Of a stretch of 64,000 nt of DNA, positions 28,758 to 38,335 are shown in pieces. Position 1 is the first letter of the stretch. Every line of letters starts with the position of its first letter. The DNA comes from a bacterium. Lineage in GTDB: Bacteria > UBA8248. The DNA is taken from contig CBDATS010000015.1 in assembly GCA_965200245.1 (NCBI GenBank), forward strand, positions 192,001-256,000, in the 5' to 3' direction. The notes beneath the pieces are model-generated. The model had not been told where the DNA came from and ran no database searches. It saw only the letters and a program-made list of their open reading frames with translations. The position numbers were made by a program, and so were the translations under genes.

Positions 28758-31439
28758 ATGTCTCCCTTCAAAGGCACTCTCCAAAGTGAAAAGGAAAAGA
28801 ACGGATCTGCCAAGAAGAAGCGTGGGCCATCTCCCGCAATGCGCCAATACCTGGAAATGAAAAGACGCTATCCCGACGCGATGCTGTTTTTCCAGTTGGG
28901 TGATTTCTTCGAGATGTTTTATGAAGACGCGAAGCTTGGGGCCAAAATTCTGGAACTCGCGTTGACGTCACGTCAAAGCGATAATCAGGGGCCTATCCCG
29001 ATGTGTGGCGTGCCTTGTCATTCGGCATCTGCTTATTGTGGGCGCTTGCTGGAAGCGGGCTATAAAGTTGCCATATGCGAGCAAGTGGAAGATGTGGGAG
29101 AAAGCAGGGGAATTGTCAAACGCGAGGTGACTCGTGTTCTCACGCCGGGTACTTCGATTGCCGACCTTGATTTGCTGGACAGCAAGGAATCTCAATATCT
29201 TGTGGGGGTCGTCCTGTCGCTGGTAAATGAAGAATTACTTTGGGGAATGGCGTGGCTTGATAGTTCGACCGGAGAATTTTGCGCGACCGAAGCGAAAGGT
29301 GCTGACGCCGAGGGGCTCATTTGCAGCCAGTTAGAGAGACTTTCTCCCCGCGAACTCATCTTGCCGGATGTATTTTCCCTGCCTGATGCAATGAAAAGGA
29401 AAATCGATGAACTGAGCATTTATGTTGAAAAAAGACCAGCCACCACATTCCATGAGCCACTGGATTTCAAAACCAAGGAAGACATATTCCCGGATGAAGC
29501 AAAGGTTTCGACGAATCCGGCGGCCGTGGATGCTGCCGTAGGCGTTTTGACGTATCTCAAGGAAAATCAGCCTAGAGATTTTTCCCACCTCAAACCTGTA
29601 TATTTTTCGCGACTTTCGGATACCATGGTTCTTGATGCAGCTACATTAAGAAATCTGGAACTCATCTACTCGGCCTTTGACCGTGGGAAAAAGGGAACTT
29701 TGTTCGGTTTGTTGGATGAGACACTGACGGGTATGGGAGGGCGTCTGCTCAAAAAATGGATTCTCTCCCCCTTGATTCAAAAAAAAGACATTGAGTATCG
29801 CGCCGAAGCCGTACAAGAACTCGTGGATGATTCCGATTTCCTGAATACCCTCAAAAATGCACTCGAGCCCATACAGGATATCGAACGTCTTCTGGGTCGC
29901 GTGGGATCTCAAACTGCAAACGCCCGGGACCTGGCGGGACTTGGTGTATCGTTATCTGTTTTGCCGGATGTGCTTGGGTCTATACAAGACAGTGACTCCG
30001 AGTTGTTCCGATCCGTTCTATCGGGGTGGGATTCCTTGGAAGATGTAGCATCGGAACTGAAGAATGCAATTGTGGATGATCCGCCTGTTTCGATTAGAGA
30101 AGGTGGAATTTTTCGCACTGAATATGATCAGGAACTAGCTCGACTGAGGAAGGCTCAGCAGGAGGGCAATACGTGGCTGAAGGATTACGAACACAAGGAA
30201 AAAGAAAGAACGGGGTTGCCTCTGAAAATCGGGTTCAATCGTATTTTTGGATACTATCTCGAAATACCCAAACGGTTTAGTGAGCAGGTACCGATGGAAT
30301 ATGCGCGCAAGCAAACCCTCGTTTCCGCAGAACGGTACATAACTTCTGAATTAAAAAAGATGGAAGAAGACATCCTGGGAGCAGAAGGGAAATCCCATCA
30401 TCTTGAGTTTATGCTTTTTGGACGGTTGAGGGTTAAAATATCGAAACATGCCAGGCGCATACTCGCTGTTGCAGATCGGATAGCACTTCTGGATGTTGTT
30501 TTGTCCTTGGCACTTGTTGCTCGAAAATATGGATACATCAAACCGCAAATCCTGGATTCTATAGACATTGAGATCATTGAGGGGAGGCATCCCGTCATGG
30601 AATCGGAGAATCCCGGAACTTCTTTCGTGCCGAATGATTTGTCGGTTAGCGACGACCGCCGGATCCTCATTATTACAGGGCCGAATATGGCCGGGAAATC
30701 CACCTACCTGCGCCAATCTGCGCTCATCATTTTGATGGCGCAAATCGGCAGTCTCGTTCCCGCGAAGAGCGCGAGAATCGGTCTGGTCGATAGGGTGTTC
30801 ACGCGTGTTGGCGCGCATGACCGGCTTTTGGAGGGACAAAGCACCTTCATGGTCGAAATGGTGGAAACGGCCACTATACTGAGAGAGTCGACGGAGAGAA
30901 GTTTTATAGTATTGGACGAAGTGGGCCGAGGTACGAGTACTTATGATGGGGTGAGCATCGCTTGGTCAATTGTAGAATATCTGCATAATGAAATCCGGCA
31001 CAGGTCGAGAACCTTGTTCGCTACCCACTATCATGAATTGGCTGAACTCTCGAAAGAACTCGAATGTGTACAAAATTTGACAGTCGAGGTTCGGGAGTGG
31101 GGTGATGAAATCGTTTTTCTGCGAAACGTGACCGATGGAAGTTGCGACAGAAGCTATGGCCTCCAGGTAGGCAGGTTGGCGGGACTCCCGGAAGAAGTCA
31201 TCGCCAGGGCGAAGGGTTTGCTCTCAAAGTTCGAAAATGCAGAGACCATGTCCCGCCCTGACAGGAAGGGGTTCAATTTGAATAATAGCCAGGAAAACGG
31301 GCAATTGCCCTTGTTTGATCGCGTGGATTCCAGTGTCGAGAAGTTGTTGAAAGATATTGACCCGGATTCCCTGACACCTCGCCAGGCCCTGGATGCCCTG
31401 TATGAGCTAAGAAAGCTTATGGAAACCAGCGAACAGTGA
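28758..31439 (+). CDS. mutS: DNA mismatch repair protein MutS
   Basis: SPAMRQY, GDFFEMF, PMCGVP, TGPNMAGKSTY, STFMVEM, DEVGRGTST, ATHYHEL. Confidence 0.98.
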   Translation: MSPFKGTLQSEKEKNGSAKKKRGPSPAMRQYLEMKRRYPDAMLFFQLGDFFEMFYEDAKLGAKILELALTSRQSDNQGPIPMCGVPCHSASAYCGRLLEAGYKVAICEQVEDVGESRGIVKREVTRVLTPGTSIADLDLLDSKESQYLVGVVLSLVNEELLWGMAWLDSSTGEFCATEAKGADAEGLICSQLERLSPRELILPDVFSLPDAMKRKIDELSIYVEKRPATTFHEPLDFKTKEDIFPDEAKVSTNPAAVDAAVGVLTYLKENQPRDFSHLKPVYFSRLSDTMVLDAATLRNLELIYSAFDRGKKGTLFGLLDETLTGMGGRLLKKWILSPLIQKKDIEYRAEAVQELVDDSDFLNTLKNALEPIQDIERLLGRVGSQTANARDLAGLGVSLSVLPDVLGSIQDSDSELFRSVLSGWDSLEDVASELKNAIVDDPPVSIREGGIFRTEYDQELARLRKAQQEGNTWLKDYEHKEKERTGLPLKIGFNRIFGYYLEIPKRFSEQVPMEYARKQTLVSAERYITSELKKMEEDILGAEGKSHHLEFMLFGRLRVKISKHARRILAVADRIALLDVVLSLALVARKYGYIKPQILDSIDIEIIEGRHPVMESENPGTSFVPNDLSVSDDRRILIITGPNMAGKSTYLRQSALIILMAQIGSLVPAKSARIGLVDRVFTRVGAHDRLLEGQSTFMVEMVETATILRESTERSFIVLDEVGRGTSTYDGVSIAWSIVEYLHNEIRHRSRTLFATHYHELAELSKELECVQNLTVEVREWGDEIVFLRNVTDGSCDRSYGLQVGRLAGLPEEVIARAKGLLSKFENAETMSRPDRKGFNLNNSQENGQLPLFDRVDSSVEKLLKDIDPDSLTPRQALDALYELRKLMETSEQ

Positions 31440-31543
31440 AGGAACCTATAGGCAACATAACAAACAGTGTGGTTTCGTTTGAAAAAGCCTTGAAAACTCA
31501 TCCCATTGCAGGTTTTCTTATAGGATAGTACTGAATTCTTAAA

Positions 31544-32164
31544 GTGGCAGTAGAAAATATGTTATCTAAAGATCAGAAATCATTTGTTTTGAAAAAATCG
31601 ACCATATTTATCTATCTGTTCTTCGCCTTGGTGGGACCTGTATTTTCCGCAACCGATGGCCAGGATGAAATTCGGATGAAAGATATAGTTGTGGTTGAAA
31701 AAAACGAGGAATTATTGGTTTTTGGATTGCTCTTGGGTGCGTTTTCACCAAAACTACTGGAGGCCATCCATAGTGGAGTGACTACCAAATTCAGTTTCGA
31801 ACTTAGTCTGATCCGTTCCAGAAAGTTGATCTATGATTTGGAAGTATCCTCCCGGCAACTGGATCACCAGGTGAAGTATAGCGCGTTGAAAAAAACTTAC
31901 ACTTTCCACTTGAAAGAGGATGCGAAAGATATCAGGCGCAGGGTAACAGAGAGCCAAGGTGAAATGATGGATTGGATGCGCGAGTTGAATGGTGTGCCCA
32001 TTGCCTCTCGTGAGCTATTGTCCCCAAATGGTCTATATTATGTCAAAATCAGAGCGCGCTTGAATCATGTGGATTTTGTTTTTCCGTTTAACTACTTGCT
32101 TGCTTTTTGGGGCAAGAAGTCTGACTGGAGCTATTCCCGGACATTTAGTTCTCAAGGAATGTGA
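31544..32164 (+). CDS. Exported DUF4390-like protein
   Basis: Signal peptide-like N-terminus; EAIHSGV...F.F...L, VKY..L...Y and YYVKIRARL patterns; usual position upstream of ntrY. Confidence 0.7.
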   Translation: MAVENMLSKDQKSFVLKKSTIFIYLFFALVGPVFSATDGQDEIRMKDIVVVEKNEELLVFGLLLGAFSPKLLEAIHSGVTTKFSFELSLIRSRKLIYDLEVSSRQLDHQVKYSALKKTYTFHLKEDAKDIRRRVTESQGEMMDWMRELNGVPIASRELLSPNGLYYVKIRARLNHVDFVFPFNYLLAFWGKKSDWSYSRTFSSQGM

Positions 32165-32167
32165 GTT

Positions 32168-34429
32168 GTGGATTCAAATAGTCAGAAAAGTCTAGACATT
32201 TCATTGTGCCGACGAAGAATCCTTTTGCGATCGTTGTTCGCTTTAATCGTTATAGCGACTCTTTCTTTCACGACTTGGATATATTTCGAAGAACTTGAAC
32301 CGGAAGTTCCCCTCCTCAACAATGTCGTCATATTTGCGCTTATAAACTTGAGCATCATTCTGCTCATGGTAGTTATTCTCCTGGTGGCGAAGAACCTGGT
32401 GCGTCTTTATTACGAAGGAACAACCGTCGGGCGTTCACGCTTGCAATTAAAGCTTGTGTTGGCATTTGTCGGATTTACGCTCATTCCTGCAGTGGCTCTT
32501 TTTGTCGTGGCTAGTGGCTTGATTAACCAGAGTTTTAATGCTTTGTTCAACATGAATGTAGAGCGTGTGCTTAAAGGGTCATTCGAGGTGGCTCAAACCT
32601 ATTATCGAGAGGTGGAGCGAAACGCACTATTCAGTGCGAGTCGACTTGTACTTAAGTTGGAGAAGACACGTCCTGACAAATTGGAAAATCCCAAGGCAAT
32701 CGAAAAAATACTGGAGTCTGAAAGAAAGGACTTGGGGGTGGATTTCATCCAGTTCTACGATAGGGATAGGAAGGAGATTGTATCGGTCAGGCGGCCGGGA
32801 GTGGAGTCATCCTCCAGGTTCTCGCCACTGGTGGGATACGTGGAACAAGTAATCGGTGGGGAATCACATTCAAGTATAGAAAGCTGGGAAAAAGGCGATG
32901 TCATCTATGGCGTGTCGCCACTGAAGGTTCAAAAAAAAGTGGTGGGGTTTGTTGTTGTTTCTAAATTTGTGCCTGAAAATTTAGTTGCAAAGGTAAAAAG
33001 CATATCGGACTCTTTTGTGAATTACAAAGAATTGGAACTCTCCAAGAATCCAATCAAAGCGAACTACATCATCACTTTTTTGGTTGTCACCTTGCTGATT
33101 CTGTTTGCCGCCATTTGGTTTGGATTCTATCTGGCTCGCGGCATCACGGTTCCGATCGAAAAATTAGCGGAAGCTACGAGGGCGGTATCAGAGGGCAACC
33201 TGGAACATCGTGTTGATACACATGCGGGTGACGAGGTGGGAATTTTGGTTCGCGCATTCAACAATATGACAGAGGAGTTATTGGCCAACAAGGAGAAAAT
33301 CGAAGAATCTTCGGAGACCCTTCGCCGCTCCAATCTGGAGATAGACAGGAGGCGAAGGTATATGGAAGCGATGCTCGAAAATATCGGAGCCGGTGTGGTA
33401 TCAATCAATCGACGTGGTCGCATTACCATCCTCAACAAAGCAGCTGGAGAATTGCTGGGCATTGAGCCTCATCGTGCAGTAGGGCGAATGTTCAGCGAGG
33501 TTTTTGAAAACACGCACCTCGAACCGGTTCGCCAGTTGATGCGTTCGATGAGGGGAAAAAACCACCAAAGCGCATCAAAGCAAGTGGAAATCATGATTGA
33601 CGGGCGCGTGCTCACGCTGCGCGCGAGTTTGACTCTGCTCAATAGTGCGGATGGGGGCCGTCTTGGAGCTGTTATTGTGTTTGATGATATGACCGCCTTG
33701 ATACGTGCCCAGAAAGTGGCTGCATGGCAGGAAGTGGCTCAAGGTATCGCGCATGAGATCAAGAATCCACTTACGCCGATCCAACTGTCCGCTCAGAGGA
33801 TGAGAAGAAAATTTGAAAGTGAAGCGTATGATTTCGAGGAAGTATTTGATTCTTGTACGGATACCATTATTAGCCAGGTGACGAGCCTGATTGAAATGGT
33901 GGATGAGTTCAGTCGATTTGCTCGGATGCCGGAGCCGAGATTGAGGTTTTGCGCGTTTGTACCACTAGTCGAAGACGTGGCGAATTTATATCGTGGCAGG
34001 AAGGGGTCGGTGGAATTTTCCATTCAAATCAACGCGGTGAATACAGCGGTCATGGCGGATCCCGAGCAATTACAGCGTGTGTTCATGAATTTGCTGGAAA
34101 ACGCTTTCGAGTCCCACAAGTTTGGGGGCGTGGTCGATTTGCAAGCATGGAGCGATCAAGACAGGCATATGATAGTCGTTGAGGTCGCTGATCAGGGGCA
34201 GGGCATATCGGAAAACATGAAGGGGCATATATTTTCGCCATATTTCTCCACGAAAAATAGAGGCTCTGGGTTGGGTTTGGCCATTTGCCAGCGAATTTTA
34301 GCGGATCACCATGGAACGATAAGCGTCCGAGACAATCATCCTGTGGGTTCCATTTTTCGTGTCACATTGCCGTTGGCACCTGCTTCGGGTGTCCCGCCCC
34401 AAAAACAAAGGATGGCTTCGATTGGATAA
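32168..34429 (+). CDS. ntrY: NtrY-like membrane sensor histidine kinase (TMs, periplasmic domain, HAMP, PAS, HisKA, HATPase)
   Basis: AAWQEVAQGIAHEIKNPLTPIQLSAQR, NLLENA, DQGQG, FSPYFST, GSGLGL; HAMP DEVGILVRAFN. Confidence 0.9.
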   Translation: MDSNSQKSLDISLCRRRILLRSLFALIVIATLSFTTWIYFEELEPEVPLLNNVVIFALINLSIILLMVVILLVAKNLVRLYYEGTTVGRSRLQLKLVLAFVGFTLIPAVALFVVASGLINQSFNALFNMNVERVLKGSFEVAQTYYREVERNALFSASRLVLKLEKTRPDKLENPKAIEKILESERKDLGVDFIQFYDRDRKEIVSVRRPGVESSSRFSPLVGYVEQVIGGESHSSIESWEKGDVIYGVSPLKVQKKVVGFVVVSKFVPENLVAKVKSISDSFVNYKELELSKNPIKANYIITFLVVTLLILFAAIWFGFYLARGITVPIEKLAEATRAVSEGNLEHRVDTHAGDEVGILVRAFNNMTEELLANKEKIEESSETLRRSNLEIDRRRRYMEAMLENIGAGVVSINRRGRITILNKAAGELLGIEPHRAVGRMFSEVFENTHLEPVRQLMRSMRGKNHQSASKQVEIMIDGRVLTLRASLTLLNSADGGRLGAVIVFDDMTALIRAQKVAAWQEVAQGIAHEIKNPLTPIQLSAQRMRRKFESEAYDFEEVFDSCTDTIISQVTSLIEMVDEFSRFARMPEPRLRFCAFVPLVEDVANLYRGRKGSVEFSIQINAVNTAVMADPEQLQRVFMNLLENAFESHKFGGVVDLQAWSDQDRHMIVVEVADQGQGISENMKGHIFSPYFSTKNRGSGLGLAICQRILADHHGTISVRDNHPVGSIFRVTLPLAPASGVPPQKQRMASIG

Positions 34430-36554
34430 GGGACATGTCCTCATCGTCGATGATGAGCCTGAAATTCTCGCGAGTCTGGAAGGTGTTTTGCAAGATGAAG
34501 GCTATCGCGTAGAGCAGGCGGATTCTGGTGAATACGCTCTTCATCTGATCCGAACCGAAACCCCGGATGTGGTTTTAGTTGACATATGGATGCCGGGAAT
34601 CGATGGGATTAAGACCTTGCAAGCGGTCAAAAGTTTGGATGCGTATGTTGAAGTCGTTGTGATGTCAGGACACGGAAGCATAGAAACTGCCGTTACCGCC
34701 ACAAAATTGGGAGCCTTCAATTTTATTGAAAAACCTCTTTCCATCGATACAGTTTTGCGCATAGTCGATTCTGCTGTTCGATCTCGAAAGTCTAAGGAGT
34801 TCAAGACAAGTGCGGTAGCCGGTATGATGTTGGATGGCACCAGTAAAAGTATTCAGACAGTCCGAAAAACTATCCGGAGAGTTGCTGGAGAAACTGGTCC
34901 CTTGTTGGTAGCAGGTGAAAGAGGAACCGGCAAGCGATTTATTGCAAGGGTAATTCAAAAGAACAGCCTTGGGCCAGAGCGGGACTTCAGACCTGTTCAT
35001 TGCCGATCGCTATTTCCCAAAACAGAGAAAAAACAATGGAAAGAAACAATCGCGAGGCTTGTGCCCGATACATTTCAGGGCGTGGTATATCTTGATGGGC
35101 TGGAACATGTGCCGGTGGCGGAGAGAGAGACTCTGCTATTGCAACTGATCAAGTCTCTGAACGATTCGATGCGGTTAATCATATCCTTTGCTCATGTCGG
35201 TGCTTCGAGGGACAAAACCTATGTACGAACTTTGTCTGCAAACATTGGTGCTGATGTAATACATTTGCCCTCCTTACGCGAACGCAGAGCAGACATCTTG
35301 CCATTGGCCAATAGGTTTTTGGCTGAATGCGTCGAAGTGGGTGGGAACGAAAAGGAATTCTCCGAAGATGTTGTTGTGCTTCTGAAAGAATATGATTGGC
35401 CGGGCAATATCGCGGAACTGAAAGGGGTGGTGACCAATGCGGCGTATGCATCGAAAGGAACGGAGATTCGCATTGGGCACATGCCGCATTTCGTACGAGA
35501 GACTTCCGCTTTTGGTACGGATGCATCGGAGGACACAACGCCTTCGAATTTTGATATGGCCAGAACCCAATGGGAAAGACAGTATCTCACCTTTCATTTG
35601 GAGGAGAACGGCTGGAACATCAACAAAACCGCAGAAGTGGTTGGCATGGCGAGGTCTGTCTTAAAGCGGAAAATCAGATTATATAAAATCAAGCCGCTAT
35701 CATCTGTGCCAACTAAGCTGAGAGCGGCGAGCCAGCGGAGTATTTCGAAGAGTGTCGTGCTGTATGGTCGGGGGCTTCATTCAGGATTGAAAACTGGTTT
35801 AATCATTGAGCCCATGCCTCTGGGAAGCGGGATTCAGTTCGGCAACCTGACAAGCCCTGACATCGTGAAAGCGAATATCGATTTCGTGGATGGAACCAAC
35901 CATGCGACCAACTTACGAAACGGAGCGGTGACGGCTCGAACGATTGAGCATCTCATGAGTGCGCTGCATGCATACAAGATCAGCAACATTCTCATAAAGT
36001 TGAACGAGGAAGTTCCCGTCATGGATGGGTCGGCAGTGGAATTTTGTCGCTTGCTTGAAGAGGCAGGCATTGAGACTCAGAAAGAAAACCGCGAAGATTT
36101 ATGGGTTGATAAGGTTTACGAAGTTGGTGATCCGGATGATGAGAAGGGCTGTATTCGCATTGAACCGTCGGATTCTTTCTCGATTTCATATCTCTTGGAT
36201 TACCCTGATCCGATTGGGAAACAATCTTACTTGTATGAACACAAAAATGCATTAAGTTTTCAGGAAGAAATCGCACCGGCTCGTACGTTCGGTTTTGTAT
36301 CGGAATTGGAAGCGCTCGAAAAAATGGGGTTGGCCGAGGGAGGTCGATGGGACAACGTGATCCTCGTGGATAAGACCCGTGTCGTGAATACCCAATTGCG
36401 ATTTCCTGATGAGTTCGTTCGTCATAAAATTTTGGATATCATTGGAGATCTGTATTTAATCGGTAGGCCGATTCGAGGCAAAGTAACCGCCGAAAGGAGT
36501 GGTCATCGGCACAATGTCGCTTTAGTCAAGAAACTAATAGAAGCCCATGGCTGA
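34422..36554 (+). CDS. lpxC: Fusion: NtrX-like response regulator (REC, degenerate AAA+, Fis HTH) plus C-terminal UDP-3-O-acyl-GlcNAc deacetylase LpxC
   Basis: REC: LIVDDE, DIWMPG, MSGH, FIEKP. Walker A GERGTGK; YDWPGNIAEL; HTH GWNINKTAEVVGMARSVLKRKI. From 35733, LpxC: QRSI..G.GLHSG, TIEHLMSAL, EVPVMDGSA, EIAPARTFGF, LRFPDEFVRHKILDIIGDL, SGHRHN. No internal stop; TTG start 34422 overlaps the kinase stop. Confidence 0.92.
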   Translation: MDKGHVLIVDDEPEILASLEGVLQDEGYRVEQADSGEYALHLIRTETPDVVLVDIWMPGIDGIKTLQAVKSLDAYVEVVVMSGHGSIETAVTATKLGAFNFIEKPLSIDTVLRIVDSAVRSRKSKEFKTSAVAGMMLDGTSKSIQTVRKTIRRVAGETGPLLVAGERGTGKRFIARVIQKNSLGPERDFRPVHCRSLFPKTEKKQWKETIARLVPDTFQGVVYLDGLEHVPVAERETLLLQLIKSLNDSMRLIISFAHVGASRDKTYVRTLSANIGADVIHLPSLRERRADILPLANRFLAECVEVGGNEKEFSEDVVVLLKEYDWPGNIAELKGVVTNAAYASKGTEIRIGHMPHFVRETSAFGTDASEDTTPSNFDMARTQWERQYLTFHLEENGWNINKTAEVVGMARSVLKRKIRLYKIKPLSSVPTKLRAASQRSISKSVVLYGRGLHSGLKTGLIIEPMPLGSGIQFGNLTSPDIVKANIDFVDGTNHATNLRNGAVTARTIEHLMSALHAYKISNILIKLNEEVPVMDGSAVEFCRLLEEAGIETQKENREDLWVDKVYEVGDPDDEKGCIRIEPSDSFSISYLLDYPDPIGKQSYLYEHKNALSFQEEIAPARTFGFVSELEALEKMGLAEGGRWDNVILVDKTRVVNTQLRFPDEFVRHKILDIIGDLYLIGRPIRGKVTAERSGHRHNVALVKKLIEAHG

Positions 36555-36606
36555 TTTCGAATTTCGTCCGAACCGTTCCGCTTCCTGAAACCATGGAACA
36601 TTACTG

Positions 36607-37659
36607 TTGAACGAATATCGCCTGACATACCGCGACGCGGGCGTCGACGTGGGTTTGGGGGAGGGGTTCGCTCAAGCTATCTCTCAGATAGCAAAATCCA
36701 CTCATGACAGCCAAAAGGGCCGTATCTTGCGCGGACCATCGGATTTTGCAGGCTGGTTTCGGCTCGGGAAATATGAAGATCCTGTAATCGTTTCAGGCAC
36801 AGACGGCGTTGGCACAAAATTGCTTCTGGCTCAGGAATTCGGGCGACATGATACTGTCGGAATTGATTTGGTGGCCATGTGCGTTAATGACATCTTAACC
36901 ACAGGAGCAGAACCGCTTTTTTTTCTTGACTACATAGCGACAGGCAAGATTGACGAAAGTGTTTTGAAGACGGTCGTGTCCGGTATCGCTCAAGGATGTC
37001 GTGAGGCGGGCTGTGCTCTCCTCGGAGGCGAGACGGCCGAAATGCCTGGTATGTATAAACCAAATGTGTACGACCTCGCCGGATTCGCTGTAGGCGTTGT
37101 GGAACGCAAGGCGTTGGACAATTATACGCGCGTGAAAGCAGGTGACGCCATACTGGCGCTGCCTTCCTCAGGAATACATAGTAACGGATATTCCATGGTG
37201 CGGAAGATATTCGACTCGAAAGAAACACGGAGTGAGGCAACGCGAAGACTGGGCATACCTATCGAGGATGTTTTGTTGGAGCCGACTCGTATTTTCACTA
37301 AAGGAGCGAATTGCATCCGAGGTGATGAGAGTGTAAGCGATATCGCGCACATTACGGGAGGCGGCATTCCGGGAAACGTGAGTCGTGTGATGCCGGATGA
37401 TTTGCAAGCGATCTTTCATCCAGAAAAATGGGCGACGCCGGAGATATTTCAATTGATCCGGGAGTTTGGCCCGATTGATTACGCAGAGATGTATCGCACT
37501 TTTAACATGGGGTTAGGCTTTGTCTTCTTCGTGAGGGCGGAGCGTGTGGACTCTTTACTCGAAGATTTCCAGAACGCAGGTGAGGAAACTATGGTTGTCG
37601 GTGAGGTAGTCAAGATGCCGAAATCCGGCCGTTCTGTTGTAATAGAGGGCAAATTTTAG
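36607..37659 (+). CDS. purM: Phosphoribosylformylglycinamidine cyclo-ligase
   Basis: LTYRDAGVD, GTDGVGTK, GGETAEMPG, HSNGYS, AHITGGG, TFNMG. Confidence 0.97.
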   Translation: MNEYRLTYRDAGVDVGLGEGFAQAISQIAKSTHDSQKGRILRGPSDFAGWFRLGKYEDPVIVSGTDGVGTKLLLAQEFGRHDTVGIDLVAMCVNDILTTGAEPLFFLDYIATGKIDESVLKTVVSGIAQGCREAGCALLGGETAEMPGMYKPNVYDLAGFAVGVVERKALDNYTRVKAGDAILALPSSGIHSNGYSMVRKIFDSKETRSEATRRLGIPIEDVLLEPTRIFTKGANCIRGDESVSDIAHITGGGIPGNVSRVMPDDLQAIFHPEKWATPEIFQLIREFGPIDYAEMYRTFNMGLGFVFFVRAERVDSLLEDFQNAGEETMVVGEVVKMPKSGRSVVIEGKF

Positions 37660-38312
37660 TGTATTCAAATACACGGTTGCGTGTGGGCGTTTTGGCTTCG
37701 GGTCGTGGATCGAACTTGCAGGCCCTGATCGATTCTGGGCGGAACCTGAATTTTCCGGCGGAAGTCGTCTTGGTTTTAAGCGACAGGAAAAAGGCGTACG
37801 CGCTCGAACGCGCCTCAAAAGCTGGAATACAGAATCAGTATCTGTCTCCCGGGGACGATGGTTTTTTTGATAAAATGGGAGATGCAATCGAGAGGTGTGG
37901 AATTGGACTAGTCTGTTGCGCCGGTTTTATGCGCGTATTGCCGCCGAGATTCGTGAGCCGTTTTGCAGGGAAAATCATCAACATTCACCCTTCGCTTCTA
38001 CCGAGTTTCCCTGGGCTGCACGCACAAAAAAAAGCCTTGGACGCCGGGGTAAGGGTGACTGGCTGCACGGTCCACTTCGTAGACGAGGGGGTGGATACGG
38101 GGCCGATTATTTTACAAGCCGCCGTGCCTGTGTTGCCTGCTGACAATGAAAAAAAACTTTCAGAAAGAATTCTCGCTTATGAACATCGCTTATATCCTTT
38201 GGCAGTGCGGCTCATCGCCGAGGGGCATGTTCACAGCGTCGATGGGGTCGTGCAATTTGCAGTGGACGCTGGCATTGATATCAGAGGCTTCATTTCGCCC
38301 GTCTCCGAATAG
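37659..38312 (+). CDS. purN: Phosphoribosylglycinamide formyltransferase
   Basis: LASGRGSNLQAL, AGFMR, INIHPSLLPSFPG, GCTVHFV, DTGPII. Confidence 0.97.
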   Translation: MYSNTRLRVGVLASGRGSNLQALIDSGRNLNFPAEVVLVLSDRKKAYALERASKAGIQNQYLSPGDDGFFDKMGDAIERCGIGLVCCAGFMRVLPPRFVSRFAGKIINIHPSLLPSFPGLHAQKKALDAGVRVTGCTVHFVDEGVDTGPIILQAAVPVLPADNEKKLSERILAYEHRLYPLAVRLIAEGHVHSVDGVVQFAVDAGIDIRGFISPVSE

Positions 38313-38335
38313 TCTTCATATAGGATTTCAAGGAT

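Noticed and set aside
34359-34421. N-terminal extensions in the ORF track (also lipA 3043, holA 20057, lptA 50995, rpoN 52286, ahcY 57234, der 59866)
   Set aside because: These are longest-ORF artefacts overlapping upstream genes or promoters; downstream starts fit SD position and family N-termini better.
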